Shown: positions 39,201-54,100, numbered from the stretch's first letter. The stretch: DNA of 64,000 nucleotides from Ptychomitrium polyphyllum (GCA_973851085.1 OZ316776.1:3658001-3722000); one strand, 5' to 3'. A program made the numbers and translations. Notes: generated by a model from the letters alone, not told the origin.

Positions 39201-39650
39201 GAAGTTATTTATATATTAATGCATTAATGAAGTAACTTAGGATAATTTTTCATGTATTCATTTTGTTGGCACTATAAATCTATAGTAATTAGCTTCTTAT
39301 AAAAAAAAGATTAGTTTTAAAATTCTTAAATTATATAACATAATTTAGGAATTGTTCTACAACGTCTAAATTGAAGTTGTTAAAATGTTTTGAAGAAATT
39401 TATGCATGCTTTTATCACTTTTATATTCAATATGTCTTATTTTCACCTTTATAAAATTAAATAACTTTTATACCAGATTAACAAATTTGGTGCAAATGCA
39501 AAGGGAGTAAAAACTCAAGAGACCAAACTCATAAATTTATTTTTGGTCAAGATTTTGTTGCCCCTTAAAAAAATAAACTATTTACTTTTCAATTCCATTT
39601 AACCTAAGAATTATTTGTTCTTCATATCTGCATGTGAATGACCAAATATA
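36250..39650. other. Extremely AT-rich non-coding block, possibly decayed transposon-derived DNA
   Basis: Visibly very low GC and no credible ORFs. No diagnostic TE motif was recognised. Confidence 0.4.
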
Positions 39651-40283
39651 GGACTCTATACTATATTATAGAGTCTACGGTGTGGTATAGAGTCTACAGT
39701 TACGTTTAGAAACTCTTCGCCTGCAGCAAATAATAAGCAACGCACGTTCGTTGAAAGCTTCCCATCTGCATTAGACTCCAATTTGAACCGATTAGGTGGT
39801 ATTGCTGGGCAGAGGGCACTGTCTGAAACCCTAACGCCCCTTTCTAGGGCTTCATCCAAGTCAAGTCCTGAGGAGTTTTCTAACATATACCCGGTTCATA
39901 CTGGTGCCATATCTGGTGATACTCATGAAGGGTATCACAACGTTTCTGCATTGTTAACTCGTGAGTCTCCTTACGATTGTGATCACTTCTACGCTCTGGT
40001 TACGTAGGAGATACTCCGAGGATACTGCTCTTATACCCGGGAGATACTGATGTTGTGCTCACGTGATATTCAGGCGAGGTATCACAAGCGTGCTGGTTAT
40101 AAACTTGTGGAGTCTCCTTTGTGATTGTGAATTCTCGTTTCCTGACATGGGAGTACATCGAGGGTTTCATTTTCTCTGTTTTGTCGATCTATGCCATCAG
40201 TGTGCAGTGGCGATGGCTAAGAGAGAGTAGAGCAGGGCGCCTTAGCGCAGGGAAGGAGGCATTGTGTCTCGGAGGACCGCATA

Positions 40284-43200
40284 ATGTTGCACGAGTTGTT
40301 GTTGGCGTTGGTGGGATGCACAGGAGATGTTTTCATGGATGTCAAAGAGCAGGCGGTTGCTCTTGGCCTTAGTACGCCTAAGAAGACCCGCCCAAGGGTC
40401 GCCGGTGATGTCAACAATGATGGCGAGACGGACTCAGACGCTTCTGAGACGATTGCTGATGAGTGCACCTTCCGCGTCGCTCCCGACATCACTTTCCTCA
40501 AAGATTCTGAAAGGTGAGACTAGGTTCTTCAATCGTTCAGTTTTAAGGGTTGTGTGAGGGATTTTTGTTGGATTATGTATGGAATATGGCATTACGGTAA
40601 AGATTATTATCCTGTTGTTGATGCGAGGATTATAGTTCTACTGGCTGGAGTCTCTTTATCTTAGTGCAAGACGCCAGGCGTTTTGGTGCAGTTTAGGTTC
40701 TGTGATGCAGCAATTTTCATATCGTAGCTAGAGGTTAGTCGAATTTAATAGTACGTAATAGTTTTAGTTGCCGTGATGGAATATGATCTCGAACGTTTCT
40801 TTCTGCCCCTATTTATTACAATGTAGTTGAGTTGGTAGCGTAACACTAGGCTTTGTCAATTGAGCAGAGAAGTTTTGGACCGGCTTCTTCATCTCGGCTT
40901 CTACTATAAAGAGCTGGACAATTTCTGTGGGAGATGCCGGAACCTGAGCTGGATAAATTTGAAGCAGCAACCAGGCTTGTCTTTTGTGCAACAAAGCGTG
41001 TATTGTAGAGCCCTTGCCAATGGCATCGCAGAAGTGCTGGCTGTTTACAGGTCAGCTGTGCTTCAAGTGGAACAAACTCTTATGGCTGACCCGGTGCCGG
41101 TACTTGCTGCAGTCACGCAAGGCATTCATCAGGTTTGTCATGCGTCTTTCTTAATGAAAGACTGCCACTGTTGATCGTTGTCTATTTTGTTTATGTACAA
41201 GCAAAATGGTTACGTCAATATTTATCCACTGTTTGTATCCGGATGTGGACTAGGGGTGTGCGTTTGTGACAGTTTTTGTGAAATTGTTGCAGTTTGAAGT
41301 GCTGCTAGCACCATTGTATGCCCTTATTCGTGAGGTGGAGCGAGAGCAGCTACGGGGAGGGCGGCTGCTGGATCTTCTACATGCCAAATGTCATTGTGGT
41401 ATTCCAGAGCTGCAAGCCTGTATGCAACGGTCTGTATACTTTATCGTTCATGCTTTGCAGCTACCAATAGAATGTAGAGCTTTTTGCATTCTGGAATAAA
41501 GAGGTGCTTAGAACATTATGGTACTATCTACTTAGAGGTGATTTCGATGACCTTCGTTCTTCAACATGAGGAATAGTTCTCGATACCTTCTGTTCACGAA
41601 GGTTTGGGTGCGCGAGTGGATTTCAGGCTTTTGTGGCATGGACATCAGGTGATGTATCGACAATTATCAACATGGATGGTATATGGTTTACTTCAAGATC
41701 AGCATCAGGAGTTTTTTGTGAGGAGGTACATTTTTGTAATCATCCTAATTCTCTTATTTTTTGGAGTGTACGCTTGTGAGATGTTTTGTTCTTTGTTTTG
41801 TGAGAATGATCTCAAGTCAGTTGTGTTCTCTGTGATCTGAATTCTGCTGTTTTGATTGTGAACTGAGACTCATCGTTTTTTGATATGAACGTACTCGCGC
41901 AGACAGCAGCCTGCTGAAGGTTTAGTTGATGGAGATCAGGCAACAGAGGAAGATCGCTTGGCAGATTGGCACTCCGGCTTTTGTGTAAACTTGGTCCGTA
42001 TTTTGTACTTCTTAGTTATCATTAATACTGGTAGTTACTTTCAATCTCAGGGTTTTCTAACTTCTTTTAACAAGTAGATACTTATTGTCGTATCTTTCAA
42101 CCAGCTTAGATGGAGAGAGGTCTATACTCTACAGGTACACTATCAAGGTATCCCTCAGTTGACAAATTTGATGGATGTGGTGCAGGAAATGCTGCCTGAG
42201 TATATCTCTCTGCAGGTTGCAGAGTCAATTCTCTTTGTAGGTAAAGCTCTTCGAGTGTTGCGGAATCCTAGTTTGACGTTCAAAAGCCAGGTTTCAGGAT
42301 CCCAACGAGGTTCCACGAAAACCTTCAATCGAGCCGATGATTCCACAGCAAAATATTCTGTGCTACCAATTGGTGGTTACCAAGGCCCTGAGCTTCTGCC
42401 TCCTGCGGAAGCCGATAGTATAGCCTCTATGCTACGAGATCTTAAGGTTCGACCATGACATGACATGTTTCCATGCCCCAGATATTTCTGATTTGTTTGT
42501 GTTTCTTTCTTTGGGTGATGTTTGAGGTATTGCTACCTGGCTCTTTGGTGCAGAAAGCTCCAGACTTTCACAAACTCACGTTTGAGCGAGCTGTTGATTC
42601 TATACGAACTATAGCAGCTATTCATCTATGGAAGGTAAGTGCTTTCAGATGGCTGGTTCTGATGACAAAAATGATCTAGCAGACTTTTGCTCCTTTTATA
42701 AATGTTTCAAAAGTATTAATATTAAGGTATATGTTGATATCCCAGGGATAGCTTGCCTGCTTATTAGATCCTCTCTACATAGGGTAGTCTTTTTATAGAA
42801 GAAAGGAAGATGAATCGTCCATAGTATCTACCTTTGATACTATTTGGTAGCATCTCAACCTTGTGTTGATATATTGCAGTTATCTGCACATGCCCTTTCC
42901 TGGTCATTGAGGCTTTCATTTGTTGCCTTGTATCATGCAGCTGGTGGTGGTTCACGCAGACCTGATTGGTCACCTAAAGGCCCTGAAGGATTACTTCCTC
43001 TTGGCAAAAGGTGACTTCTTTCAGGCAAGTTTGAGTATAATCTCAGTTGCTGGATGTTGGAACTGGTGTAGTTTGGGCTGATTGAACTACACACTCTTTC
43101 CTTCTCGAATGTTGATATTTATTTGACGTGTTATTCTAATTTATGATCTCCAGGCCAACCGTTGCAATATGGGCCAGATTCCTTTAGTACATCAGCTTAG

Positions 43201-45859
43201 TTGGGTTCTACAGATATTGCACTGTATCTATTCTGCAATTACTCATATCTGCTGTTTATTATACGTTTCAGTGTTTCTTGGAAGAAAGTCGTAGTTTGAT
43301 GCGCATTCCACCACGGTTATCAACAGCTGAGGCAGACTTGAAGGTTCCATTTCAACAGGTGATTGACCAGTTTTTCTTTTGCAGCAGTTACTGATTTCGT
43401 ACTACTATTTTATGTTACACAATATATTACCATTTATGTCGTTGGACATAAAGAGCACATGATTGAGGACCGTGGAAGTGCAAATTAGGTAGTTGTAATG
43501 CTCTTCAGTTATGCGATAGAATTTGTGAAATTATAAAACTCCTTCTGGTCCTGGACGCGTAGTCAGTGCATTGCATCGGAGTAGTTGTATTGATGGTTAT
43601 TTCACCTGCTCAAACAGGCTGCGATTAAAACCATTGGAGATGATGAAAAATATTTTAACAGAGTCTCCTTGAGGTACGAAAATTCTTGCTATTTCCTCAA
43701 GAATCTGTTTCATTGAGATGGAGATTGTATAATTTTTTTTGATATTGTGGTTTTGTCCAGGATGCCAACTCCGGCCTCTGGAAGCAACGAGGCAGACGCA
43801 AAACGAACTAGATCTGTCACAGATGGTCCAGGATTTGGAGAGAGTGTGCCCTACGATGGCTGGGATGGTTTAGCCCTTGAATACAGCATTGATTGGCCTC
43901 TTCAACTACTCTTTACTAAAGATGTATTAGCAAAGTGAGTTTGAGAACCTTACTTGCTGCCTTCCAAAGGTTTCATAGCTACGTTTCTGTAACTGTATAT
44001 GAATCCTTTTTGTCGACTGAGCATGAATTTCTTATCAAACTAATTTGTTCTTATTTCTTTAACCTTTTCAGTTTGTTATATCTCCTAGTGTATTATATGC
44101 AAAATACTTTTAGCATGTGTTTGTGCTGGCAAGTTTATTTGAATCTATGCAACTATGTGATTATGCCTGTGCAATCTAACTTAGAGGTTTAATGGTAGAT
44201 TATGATATAGTCAGGGACGGTGTGTTGGATTAATATCGTGATGTATACAGAGGGCAAAATGGAAGCCCTTGCACATAGTTTATCATTTGAGCACCGTAGA
44301 GTACTGTTCATGTCCCCATAGTTAGAAGGCTTTTAATTTTAGAAGGCTTTCTGTTGTATTTGAACTTTGTAGGTACACCAAAGTTTTTCAATACTTGTTG
44401 AGGCTGAAGAGAATACAATTGGAATTGGAGAAATCATGGGCCCAAGCCATGCAGCAAGATCGCGCTGATACTGCCAAACAGCGCAGTGATAGCCGCCAGC
44501 AGCGCATGCCTATGTGGCGTGTCCGCCAACACATGACCTACCTTATCACTAATCTTCAGTTTTACATTCAGGTGCTCTTTCTGCTTAAATGACTCTACAT
44601 CTAACCAACTGAACTTACCTTCCTAGATCCGTTGTTCCTAATGTGCTTCTGGTTAAAGAGATCAGGATGGGTTTATTACATCATAGATTAAATATCTGTT
44701 TTGGAAGATAATGTGATTTTTCGCTTAAAATTGTTGAGCTAATCAGTTGAGAACGCATGCTCTATTTTGACAGGTCGATGTTATCGAATCACAGTGGAAT
44801 CTTCTACAAGAACGGGTTGAAGCGTCTAAGGATTTCACTGAGCTTGCACGGTTTCATCAAGAGTATGTTCTACTGCATTTCCTGTTGTTTCTAAATGATG
44901 GGAGCAGTGTATCGATCATTGCCTATATCGTTGATCAAGAAACACACACATTCTTCCAATTGCAACTTGTACTGCAGGTGTAGATATTTGCCCTGACGTA
45001 CTGAGGGATTGCCGTGTAGTAACTGTTGCTTGTTTCCTTTTCGCAGGTACCTGGCAGCTCTGATATCTCAATCATTTCTAGATATTGGGTCCGTTTCACG
45101 TATTCTGGACAGCATCATAAATTTGTGTCTCCAGCTGTGTCGTGTGATCGAGCAGGAAGATGGAACGCCTAACTTTGCTGAGCTGGAGCGAATCACGGAG
45201 GTTTGACTTTTACTAAAGTCCCTTGGTCGCAGACGGGTGATTATATCTTGTGATATTTGTGGTGAATAGACGATCTGCTTATACACCAAGGTTTTTTCAA
45301 AATGAAAAACGAAGTTTGAAATTTTGAATCTCCTTGGTATCCTACACAATGTATACCGTATACGATTAAGGAGGGGTGGACTTCAGAAGATTCAATATGC
45401 ATAATTGAGATGGAGAGCACCTTTTGTAAAGATCCTTGAACCTTGAGGTTTGATGGTGGCTCTTTACAATACTCGTTTACGTTTCATTCTTTTTATTTCA
45501 AGTTGATCCCGGTAACTGCGATCTGAAATGTAATGTACTGTGGTTATATTCACCTTGCGTGTATCTGCAGGAGTTCAATAAAAAGTCGAATTCCCTGTAC
45601 ACAATATTGAGGAGCAGTAAATTAGCTGGCAGTCAACGTGCGCCATTTCTACGTCAATTTCTTCTACGTCTAAATTATAATTCATTTTTTGAGGTAATAA
45701 TATACTTTCACGGAGTTCCTTTCTTGTTCGGATATGTATTATGCTCATTAAGCGGTCCAGTTTTATGTTCGAAATCTGATAATAACGTTGTTTCTGCAGG
45801 CAACTGCGAGAGGGGCTCTGAATATGGGTCGGCCTCGAGGCAGCGCTTTTGTCCACTAG
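40284..45859 (+). CDS. GCP4: Gamma-tubulin complex component 4, multi-exon
   Basis: Starts MLHELLLALVGCTGDVF. Exons encode SVYCRALANGIAEVLAVYRSAVLQVEQ, MLPEYISLQVAESILFVGKALRVLRNP, LKALKDYFLLAKGDFFQCFLEESR, DGWDGLALEYSIDWPLQLLF, HMTYLITNLQFYIQVDVIESQW and FLRQFLLRLNYNSFFE. The last exon 45800-45859 ends in TAG. Confidence 0.93.
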
Positions 45860-46524
45860 TTAAATACAATGTCTTGCTAAGATTTAGGTTACAGAAATTT
45901 TCTACAAGATTTTTCCCCATTTGCAAGGGATTGCTTGAAGGGTGTGCACTCAATCGGAGTCTTTCAGTGGCAAATAGATCCAGTAGACCAGATTCAGGTG
46001 TACAGTACATGCCTCTTGTACATTTTTATTCACCTTCAATTGTTAACAGCCGAGTACAGGTTTTTGGAGATTGCATCATACCAAAGGGAACGGTGAGTAA
46101 TCTTCTTGCATCGTCCGTAACATTATCCCTCAGATACGCCCTTCATATTTGAAAGCCTGTGTTAAAGATTGCTCAGGCACGTTGCAAGTTAAAACGGTAT
46201 TCCTTACCAGAATCCAGAATTCATACCAGCATTGAATTCAGAAAACCCTTCTTAATGTGCGTTAAAACAAAACAGAAAATAATGTGAAAAGCTTCATGAA
46301 GAACTCCTGAGTAGAAACCAGATACGTAACTCTAATTAAGAATAATCACTCTTTGTATATATAAAAAGAAAGAAAGCTTTGCAGATCACATATGATACAT
46401 TGAAGAGATTCAGTGCAACCTTTAGTGCACCACAAAGTACACCTCTGCACTCCATAAATCTCATGAAGACTCTTAAGCAATGCACCTACTTAATTCATAC
46501 CCAAGTTTATATGTATACAATAAT

Positions 46525-48191
46525 CTAGGCAGCAAATGACTTTCCGCAGCCGCAGGTTGATGATGCATTTGGATTACTGAAGGAGAAGCCACCTCCAATC
46601 AGAGCATCGCTGTAATCTAACTGCATCCCATACAGAAACAACAGGCTCTTGGGGTCGCAAACTGCCAGGCAGCTAGATGTCAGTGCTATGATAGCATTGC
46701 AACTAGAATTGCATTTTCAAAACCAGAAAAAATCCCTTCAGCTCACAAAAAATAGTAAATCATAATACGACAAATGCGGTGCTGCAATCAGCTCTAAATG
46801 TGCCTTGAAAACCAGTCACCTCTACACACGCAATTACAACCATTTTTCACTGAAGAATCTTTAAAGCACGCTAACGACTAAAACATTGCAGCAATAAAAA
46901 CAATTCAAGGAGACTGTCGACCAACTTAACTGCATTCCAGAATAAAAAATAAAAAATAATCCAGCACACACAAGAAAGTCAAGCAATCGGAATAGGACGA
47001 ATGTGGTGCTGCAAACAGTTCAACATGTGTCCGAGAAATCTTTCAGTCCCAACTACGCATGCAATTACAGTGGATGTTTGCTTGAGTATACCTATTTGGA
47101 AATCCTCGTAATCGATGAGTGAGTCATCAGGTCTGAGGTTCGAAGTTTCTTCGAAGTCCATCACGTATGACATGCCTGAGCAACCGCCCTGCCTAACTCC
47201 CACCCGCAGGCATAAGTTCTTACCTTGACTGGCCCTCAATTTATTCAAATGGCTCAATGCTTTCTCTGTGAGCATGATCGCAGGCGCCGTACCCGATGGT
47301 GATGCAGTTGCTACTCATCAATATCAAAGAAAGAGGATGGCATCAGTAACCACAAAGGTGTGTAAAAGCCAACATCCTTACAACAGAGTTAACAATTCGA
47401 TGGAATAAGCGTAGTACCCTATCTACAACCCAAACGACCAAAAAGTAGGGAACGTCATCAAATCCCATCAACCATGGTCCAAAAATCTCTCCAAAAGAAA
47501 TATTTCTACAAAGAGTCCTCAAAAACCCTAAATTCTATTATCCACGTCTTTACCTAATCCAAAAATGAATTGACGGGCAGTGACGCGCACTTGCTCCAAC
47601 ACGTTCATTTTAGCGTAGACAAAGAAGGTGAGAGAAAACTACATCAATAACAGTCTGGTTGTGAGAAATTAAATGCAAAAGGCGAAAAAAAAAACAATTT
47701 CCTAGCGTAGGGGTCTCGCAACTCATCCTGACAATCACCACACTTGTTCTGCTGAAGAGCCATTCTCTAATGACATACAAGTCTCTCATGCCTTGAGTTT
47801 CAATAATGGAAAGCTCTAAAATTCTCCGTCAATCTCCTAACTCAGGGATCACACAGAAGCACGAGGATGACATGCACACACAGAGTCTTCAGATCCTGCT
47901 CTCCACGAGATTCATTCAGCCGAAACCGAATCCTCAAAACCAATAACACCCACCCACCGAACTCAGCCACCACACTCTAAAATCCCATAAACGATGAAAA
48001 ATTCACAGAAAAAACTAACCAGAGTCCGCCGCCTGCACGAGAAAAGAATTCCGCTTAAGAGGGCTACTCCTCACCGCCAACGAAACAGGCGGCACGGCGT
48101 TCACGCCACAGGTCGCGATCCGGGACGGCACCACTCTCGCAGTGGTATGCGCAGCCCATGTGGTGGCCATCGTCAGAGCAAAAGCTGCCAT
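46525..48191 (-). CDS. ISCA: Chloroplast iron-sulfur cluster assembly protein IscA/SufA-like
   Basis: Three exons (~48191-48019 transit-peptide-like; ~47312-47092; ~46662-46525). They encode [62 protein letters not shown], containing the three conserved Cys of A-type carriers. Confidence 0.93.
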
Positions 48192-51100
48192 TTTGACCTC
48201 GACCCACAGTCCTCCAAACTCCCACTTTTGAATCCCACCAGTTGATGTCACCTGCAAGCTCAGACTCCTAGCAAACGATCAACACAAAATGGTTGAAATG
48301 GGCAGCTGTGGGCCTGTGGGAGCAGTCTGTGAGTGGGTCTATGGCGGTGCAGGAGTGCGATTGCGAGAGGATCTGCAAGTACACGAAACCCACTCCGTTT
48401 CGTGCTGCACATCGCAGCGTCGCCGTTTTGTGCCACGCTCCCAGAATTGCAAACCCTTTAACCATCATGTCTCTTTAAATCGACAATATCTACCAGTGGC
48501 ATTTCTACACTCTTCGTTAGATTTTCCTAAATAGTAGACACTGTGGGCTTTGGAAGCCGTGCTGGTTTTGAGGTCAGAGACGGTCACTGTGCAAACATAA
48601 GACGTCATCTACGCGATGTTTAGGATTTCAGGAGTGAAGTGAAATGTGTCGGTTGATGTTGTCGGTTTTGGGTGTAGTGTCGGATTTAGGTAGGCGTCCT
48701 TTATGTGCCTTCCTTCCTTTGACCGTGCTGATGTCTTTTATGACCGCGAATTGCACGGTTCCAGAACTGACGAGCTTACCGTCTGTACGTGCCACTCTCG
48801 CTCATGGCAGAGGAAGAGAGAACTTTGAAATTAGGAACAATATTTTAGGGCACAAATTTGTAAGTACAAAAATGTCATGTATTGGTTATCCATTTAATTT
48901 AGCCCTATATCCGGTGGCCAAAATATCCCAACATTTGGTTACATAATACCAATGGAACATATGGTTAGATAATACCAATGGAACATATGGTCAAACATTT
49001 TTTTTAGACTAAGCTAAATATTTAGAAAAAGAAGTAGAATAGTATTTTAATATTATTCATAATAGTAGAAGGTTATCTATTTGAATAATGTTATGTTTTG
49101 AGTAAGATTGGATAATATTGTTGCACTCTTTTTAATTTGAAACCACATGAAAACAACTTATATTTGAAGTTGGTTATTATAATTATAATTAGATTTAAGT
49201 GGCCTTTTATATTCAAAGCAAGTTCATTTTATTTTAATTTGAAATACTTTTGAAAGTCAAGCTAGTATATACCAAATTTTCATTCTCAAGCTATATTGTA
49301 ATATGATCTAAGTAAAAATATTTTAAGAACAATATTGTAGAAAAGGTGAATAAACATTAAAAACTTAAAGACACAAGTTGTAGTATACAATGTATTTGTT
49401 CAATTTGAAAAAAATCATACAGTGAATGTTTACTTTGGTTATAAAATTTCGTATTACTACTTACCTCCCAAAAATATATCTTTTGGTTGTACCGAATAAT
49501 TAATGCCTTAATCATAAACTGCTTGACAAGCTGTCATGTTTTATTCTCAAAATGAAAATCACCTGTATATGCCACTTTGTCATTTAAGCACATGATTTGC
49601 ATCAAAGACAAAACTTGCTAATACAATGTTTTTTAATAGTTAAGAGTGCAAATTGTTGAGAGAACAATGGTTACAGGCTAAACCTTTTGAAATGGAGTGA
49701 AAATTTTGAAGTAGAGAAGAAAAGGTAATTCTACACTATTTCGGAAGGAAAACATGTGGAAAAAATAGACTTATTACATAGTGATGTTTTAATGAGATGA
49801 AGTTGAAAACGTAACAAAGTCTGGTGGGTGGAACATACTTGATCTAGAGGCATGAAGATGGTAAAGTATCAGGCATGATGAAACTTTAGAGGGAACTGAA
49901 TATGATAGCGATCATGTAGCTTATGGGTTTGTGGCTGCAGATGGGGGTCTTATTTGCGAGTTTGTAGCTTGGAAGTATGGTGAGCTTGTTGTAAGCCTTA
50001 CGTTCCCTTGATGTAAAGGAGGACTATGCGATTGTCACAAAGAACAGAACATTGTATAGCGGAATCCTCTATTGGAATGCTTAGTATAATTGCCCACAAC
50101 GTTGACGACGGCTCTGAAGTTTTATTTACAAACTCAGAGCTTTTGTGGATGATGACTGACAGAGGAGACTCTGAATGACTGATTCATTCTATACTGCCTA
50201 TTTACGACTCCACTCCTGTCAATGGCGGAGCTCAACCAACTCCCCCTTACAAGTGGACCTTGGAGTTGGCCAGCTTTGTAGCAGTGTCATGTTTCAAGGA
50301 CTTCTCTATGTTTTATTCAGTTCTAATGACATATCAAGCTTGTATGATACACGCTGATGGCTTTGTAGTTACAACATTGTTCAGAATTTGTGATCATAAA
50401 GTTTTCGATAAAACTCGCTGTGGGCTTTGTAGCGTGATCATCGAAGGCGTTATGATCTACTCAGCGCCTCGACTCATTGTGAGTGACTTCCAATTATTTG
50501 CTATGATCCTGAATGAACGTGTCAGATGCAGTGTCAGAGTTGTCCGATTTCCTCCCTTCGTCATTCTGTGTATGCGAAGTTCTAGTTGCAGTTGAATGAC
50601 GTCCCGGCAGATGCATTTAGTTGGCGCCCTGAACTCATTTGAGCGTTTGGCTCTGGCAAGTCTCTCATTTTTGACTTCGCAGGGAACTGAGATTACCACT
50701 GTATACAGTTTGGTGCATAATGGTGTGGGGCGACCATGAACCTCCGTCTTCAGTTGAAATGACTAGCGCACTGGTGCAACTAGCCAGCATTGTGAAACAT
50801 GTTTCATGTTTTGGATCTGCATTCGCAAGATTCCTGTTTTTGATTTACCCTTAAAATTGCCGCAGTATGTCACGGCCACTGTCAATGAGGATATCCACTT
50901 TTTTACACCTGCTTGTCATCATTTTCACGTCGTCGATGTCGACATTCTATGTGGTACCAAATTTTGTGGCCACTTAGGCATGTGCACACCAATTATTTCC
51001 AAGGATTCGTCAATGTTTGTTCACAGTGTTGACTTCTGAATTTGTACAGAGCAGAACCAGTTTGGTCACAAGACACGTAGCAATCTCTCATGCAGCCCCC

Positions 51101-54100
51101 TCCAGCAGGGTACACGAGTATGAAAGTGCAACTCAAAGGCGATGTGGATCTTTTTTGAAGCTCCAGTACACTTTCTTAGTTTTGTAGGATCTGACTGTTG
51201 GCAGTCTTGAACCCAGCCAGATTCTGTTTTTAAGGCGGCCATTTAAATTACAGAATGCAGAGGTAGATGGGATAAGAGACCTCTTCGAAGTAATGATGAG
51301 TTTCAGTCCGAAGTTCTTAGTATGGAACTAGCTACTGCTGTTTGGTTTCGGGTTTGATCTGGAATGAGCCACGTTCCAATTCTCCTCATCAATTTTGTGT
51401 GAATGGCATATTTCCACCTTACGATCAGACAAGCTTGAAACTTCTAAGATGTGTTCAATTTACGAGTGATGCGTTCGCTTGAACGAAATATACCGGATCA
51501 ATGACAAGAATGGTCTGTAGGCTTGCATTGACATGAGGAGGCCTGTTCTCCTAAGCATCATAAGATGACAATAGAGCTGGGTGATATTTGCACACCTAGA
51601 CAATGGTATCATGATTTTTCCAGCCTTCATGTGGTACACTAAGCTACTGTACATGTACTGTTCATCTTTTTCTGTAGGCTGTCAATGGCTACGTACGCTT
51701 AATTGACCTACTGAAATTTGGGGTGGTGTCTGCTCTTCATTTTTCAAGCAATCGGTGGTTGTTTTTGTCGAAATGCTTTTCCCGCAGTTCTTGAAGTGCA
51801 TTGTCATGGTGTCTACATTTCAAACGACAGGTGCACTGAATCCGTTACAGTAGCTTCAAGTGAATACTCAAAGTGGTAAGTTACGCTCGCATGCTTCCCA
51901 TTCCATGGGGTTGATCCACTGGTTCATATCCACAACTGGAGCAAACTTCCAAGTCTGAGCCCTTCATCCATTTGTCCGACAAGAAAACGTAATAGCCGAT
52001 ATTCTTCCTCCATTTCCTGCGAAGTTCATCTACCTTTTGTGCGAAGTAAGAAGTTGGATTGAACCTCTCTTTGAAGCAGCAGTAGTGATCGTACATTGCT
52101 TATTCTATGAGTATGGAATTCAAGGCTAGGATGTTTGTACCAACTTCCTGTAGTGAACCTTGGAAGGGACTTCTGCCTCAATGGAATCACACCTTTGTAC
52201 ATCATGTGCCATTCCGTAGAATTGTTGGGAAGTTGGGGACTCTATTCCAACTTAGAATCTTCAACAAATTTTTCAAAGTAAATTTAGGAGTCATTTTAGG
52301 AGAGTAGTAATATTGGCTCCAAAATATTTCATTCAAATCTTTACAAAATTAAAGTATTTACTTGTAACCCTTGCAACTACAAATAACATCTTAAATCAAA
52401 AATGATTGGAAGTCCCAAATTATGCGTATGCAAGATTAATATATCACTATTCTTAGTGATACATTAAATTTATAGAGTTGAGCATCTAACAATATACTAC
52501 TTTTATAGAATTTTCCATAATTTTATATACCTCTTTATCACTAAAGTATCTATAATTTTTATTCACATCTCCAAATTGCATAATATAAAGTGTGTTACAA
52601 GCCTCTTTTAAGCTATAAAACTTATTAGTTTGGTTCAAAAGATAATTTTGCCTAAATTGAGTGCTACATCTAAAAATCACTATATAATCTATTTTGGACA
52701 TTATAGACATTTGTGGGTTCACTGTAATTTATTTAGATTGCAAAAGAATATTATCCTTTTAATTAAATTACTTCATATTTTAAACAATAGCATAAATTAT
52801 TTAAGCTTGTCATACAAATTTCATATGATCTCTTTGAAAGGCTAAGACAACAAAAGGCTTTAGCTATAATGCAAAAGCATAAAAACAATTATATTTCCTA
52901 AATTAATTTAGGATAGGAGTTGCAATATTTTTTCTTTAGATGGTACAATAAGAGGTTGTAGTACATTGATGAAATTCCTTTTTCAAGGAAGGAAGTCTTT
53001 TAAGTGGCAATAATAATAATAATTCAACTGATTCTAGTACGTAACCATTTTCAAAAAAAGAAGAAGATAAGGAACTGGCAATGATGAGTAATACATATTT
53101 ATTAAGGTTTAAGTTTTGGTTCAAAAATCTATATAACAAATAAACTATTTATGTGGTAAAGGAGAAACAATCTTCTTCTCTAATCTTTATTACTTGAAGG
53201 TGCTTTATATTTGGAAAGATAGAAGGAAGAGGAAGAAAAAAGTTTGTTGGTTGTCTAATTTTTGATTTGCTTTTAGAATTAAGATAAAAATACTATCCTC
53301 ACAACTTACACTATACCATCAAGAAAATACTTGCCTAAAAGCTCAATCCTTATGAAATCTTTTAAGAAATTTGAATATGAGTTTTAGTGTAACCACCCTT
53401 CAAATTGGGAGTAACAACCATTTTACAAGAGCCTAATTTTGCAGTGTGGAGTGTATGCTCACTCTTGAAGTACTTACCCAAGACACCGCCCCCCCACAAC
53501 AGTACATGAAGAACCAGGAGACAAAACTCCAGACCCACCGGCAGACTTCCCAACGCACTCCCAATTTATCACCACCATCGAGGACGCCCGGAACGTACGG
53601 GATCCGCCGGGCATCATCCGGCATCTACCGGGTATCTGTCCCTAATCGCGTTCTCCTGTCCTTGATGGACGCGCTTGCAAGCGCTCGTCTAGCACTTGGG
53701 TCGTTTCAAGGTCTCGTTTTTGGAGTTGGAGGTTATCCGTGAGTACATTGCAGGAATGAGGTGGTGATTGTATTTCGACTGAATAGCTTTCTAGTGGGGA
53801 CAGTCTCCTTCTGAGGCAGTTTGTTAGCTTGGTGTTCTGTTTTCGTATGTGACGTTGATGCTGAGATTGAGGTATTATTGAATCTTGTTTAACTATCTTA
53901 TGAGTGTCGATCGGTTGGTCCTGTTTTTGTAAGTTTTATGCATGGCTGTGTTTTTCCTGTTGTGTTCCTCTCCGTGCGCACTGCAGCTATTGAAGCTGTG
54001 AGCATGTTGATCATGTGGAGTAGTACATCTTCGGTGTAATGTTTGTGCAGACTAAATTTATTGTAGATTTTTGAGAGGTCATCAATGCTAGTTTCTAGTT

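Noticed and set aside
45559..46152. 197-aa ORF at the GCP4 3' end
   Set aside because: It is GCP4's penultimate exon read through an intron into the 3' UTR. The spliced gene ends at 45859.
48942..48991. Two-copy 24-bp direct repeat (ATAATACCAATGGAACATATGGT); also a two-copy repeat at ~60843-60883
   Set aside because: Simple local slippage duplications with no further structure.
49900..52300. Possible gene between IscA and the AOX pseudogene
   Set aside because: Moderate GC and short ORFs, but I could not recognise any domain or build a consistent exon chain.
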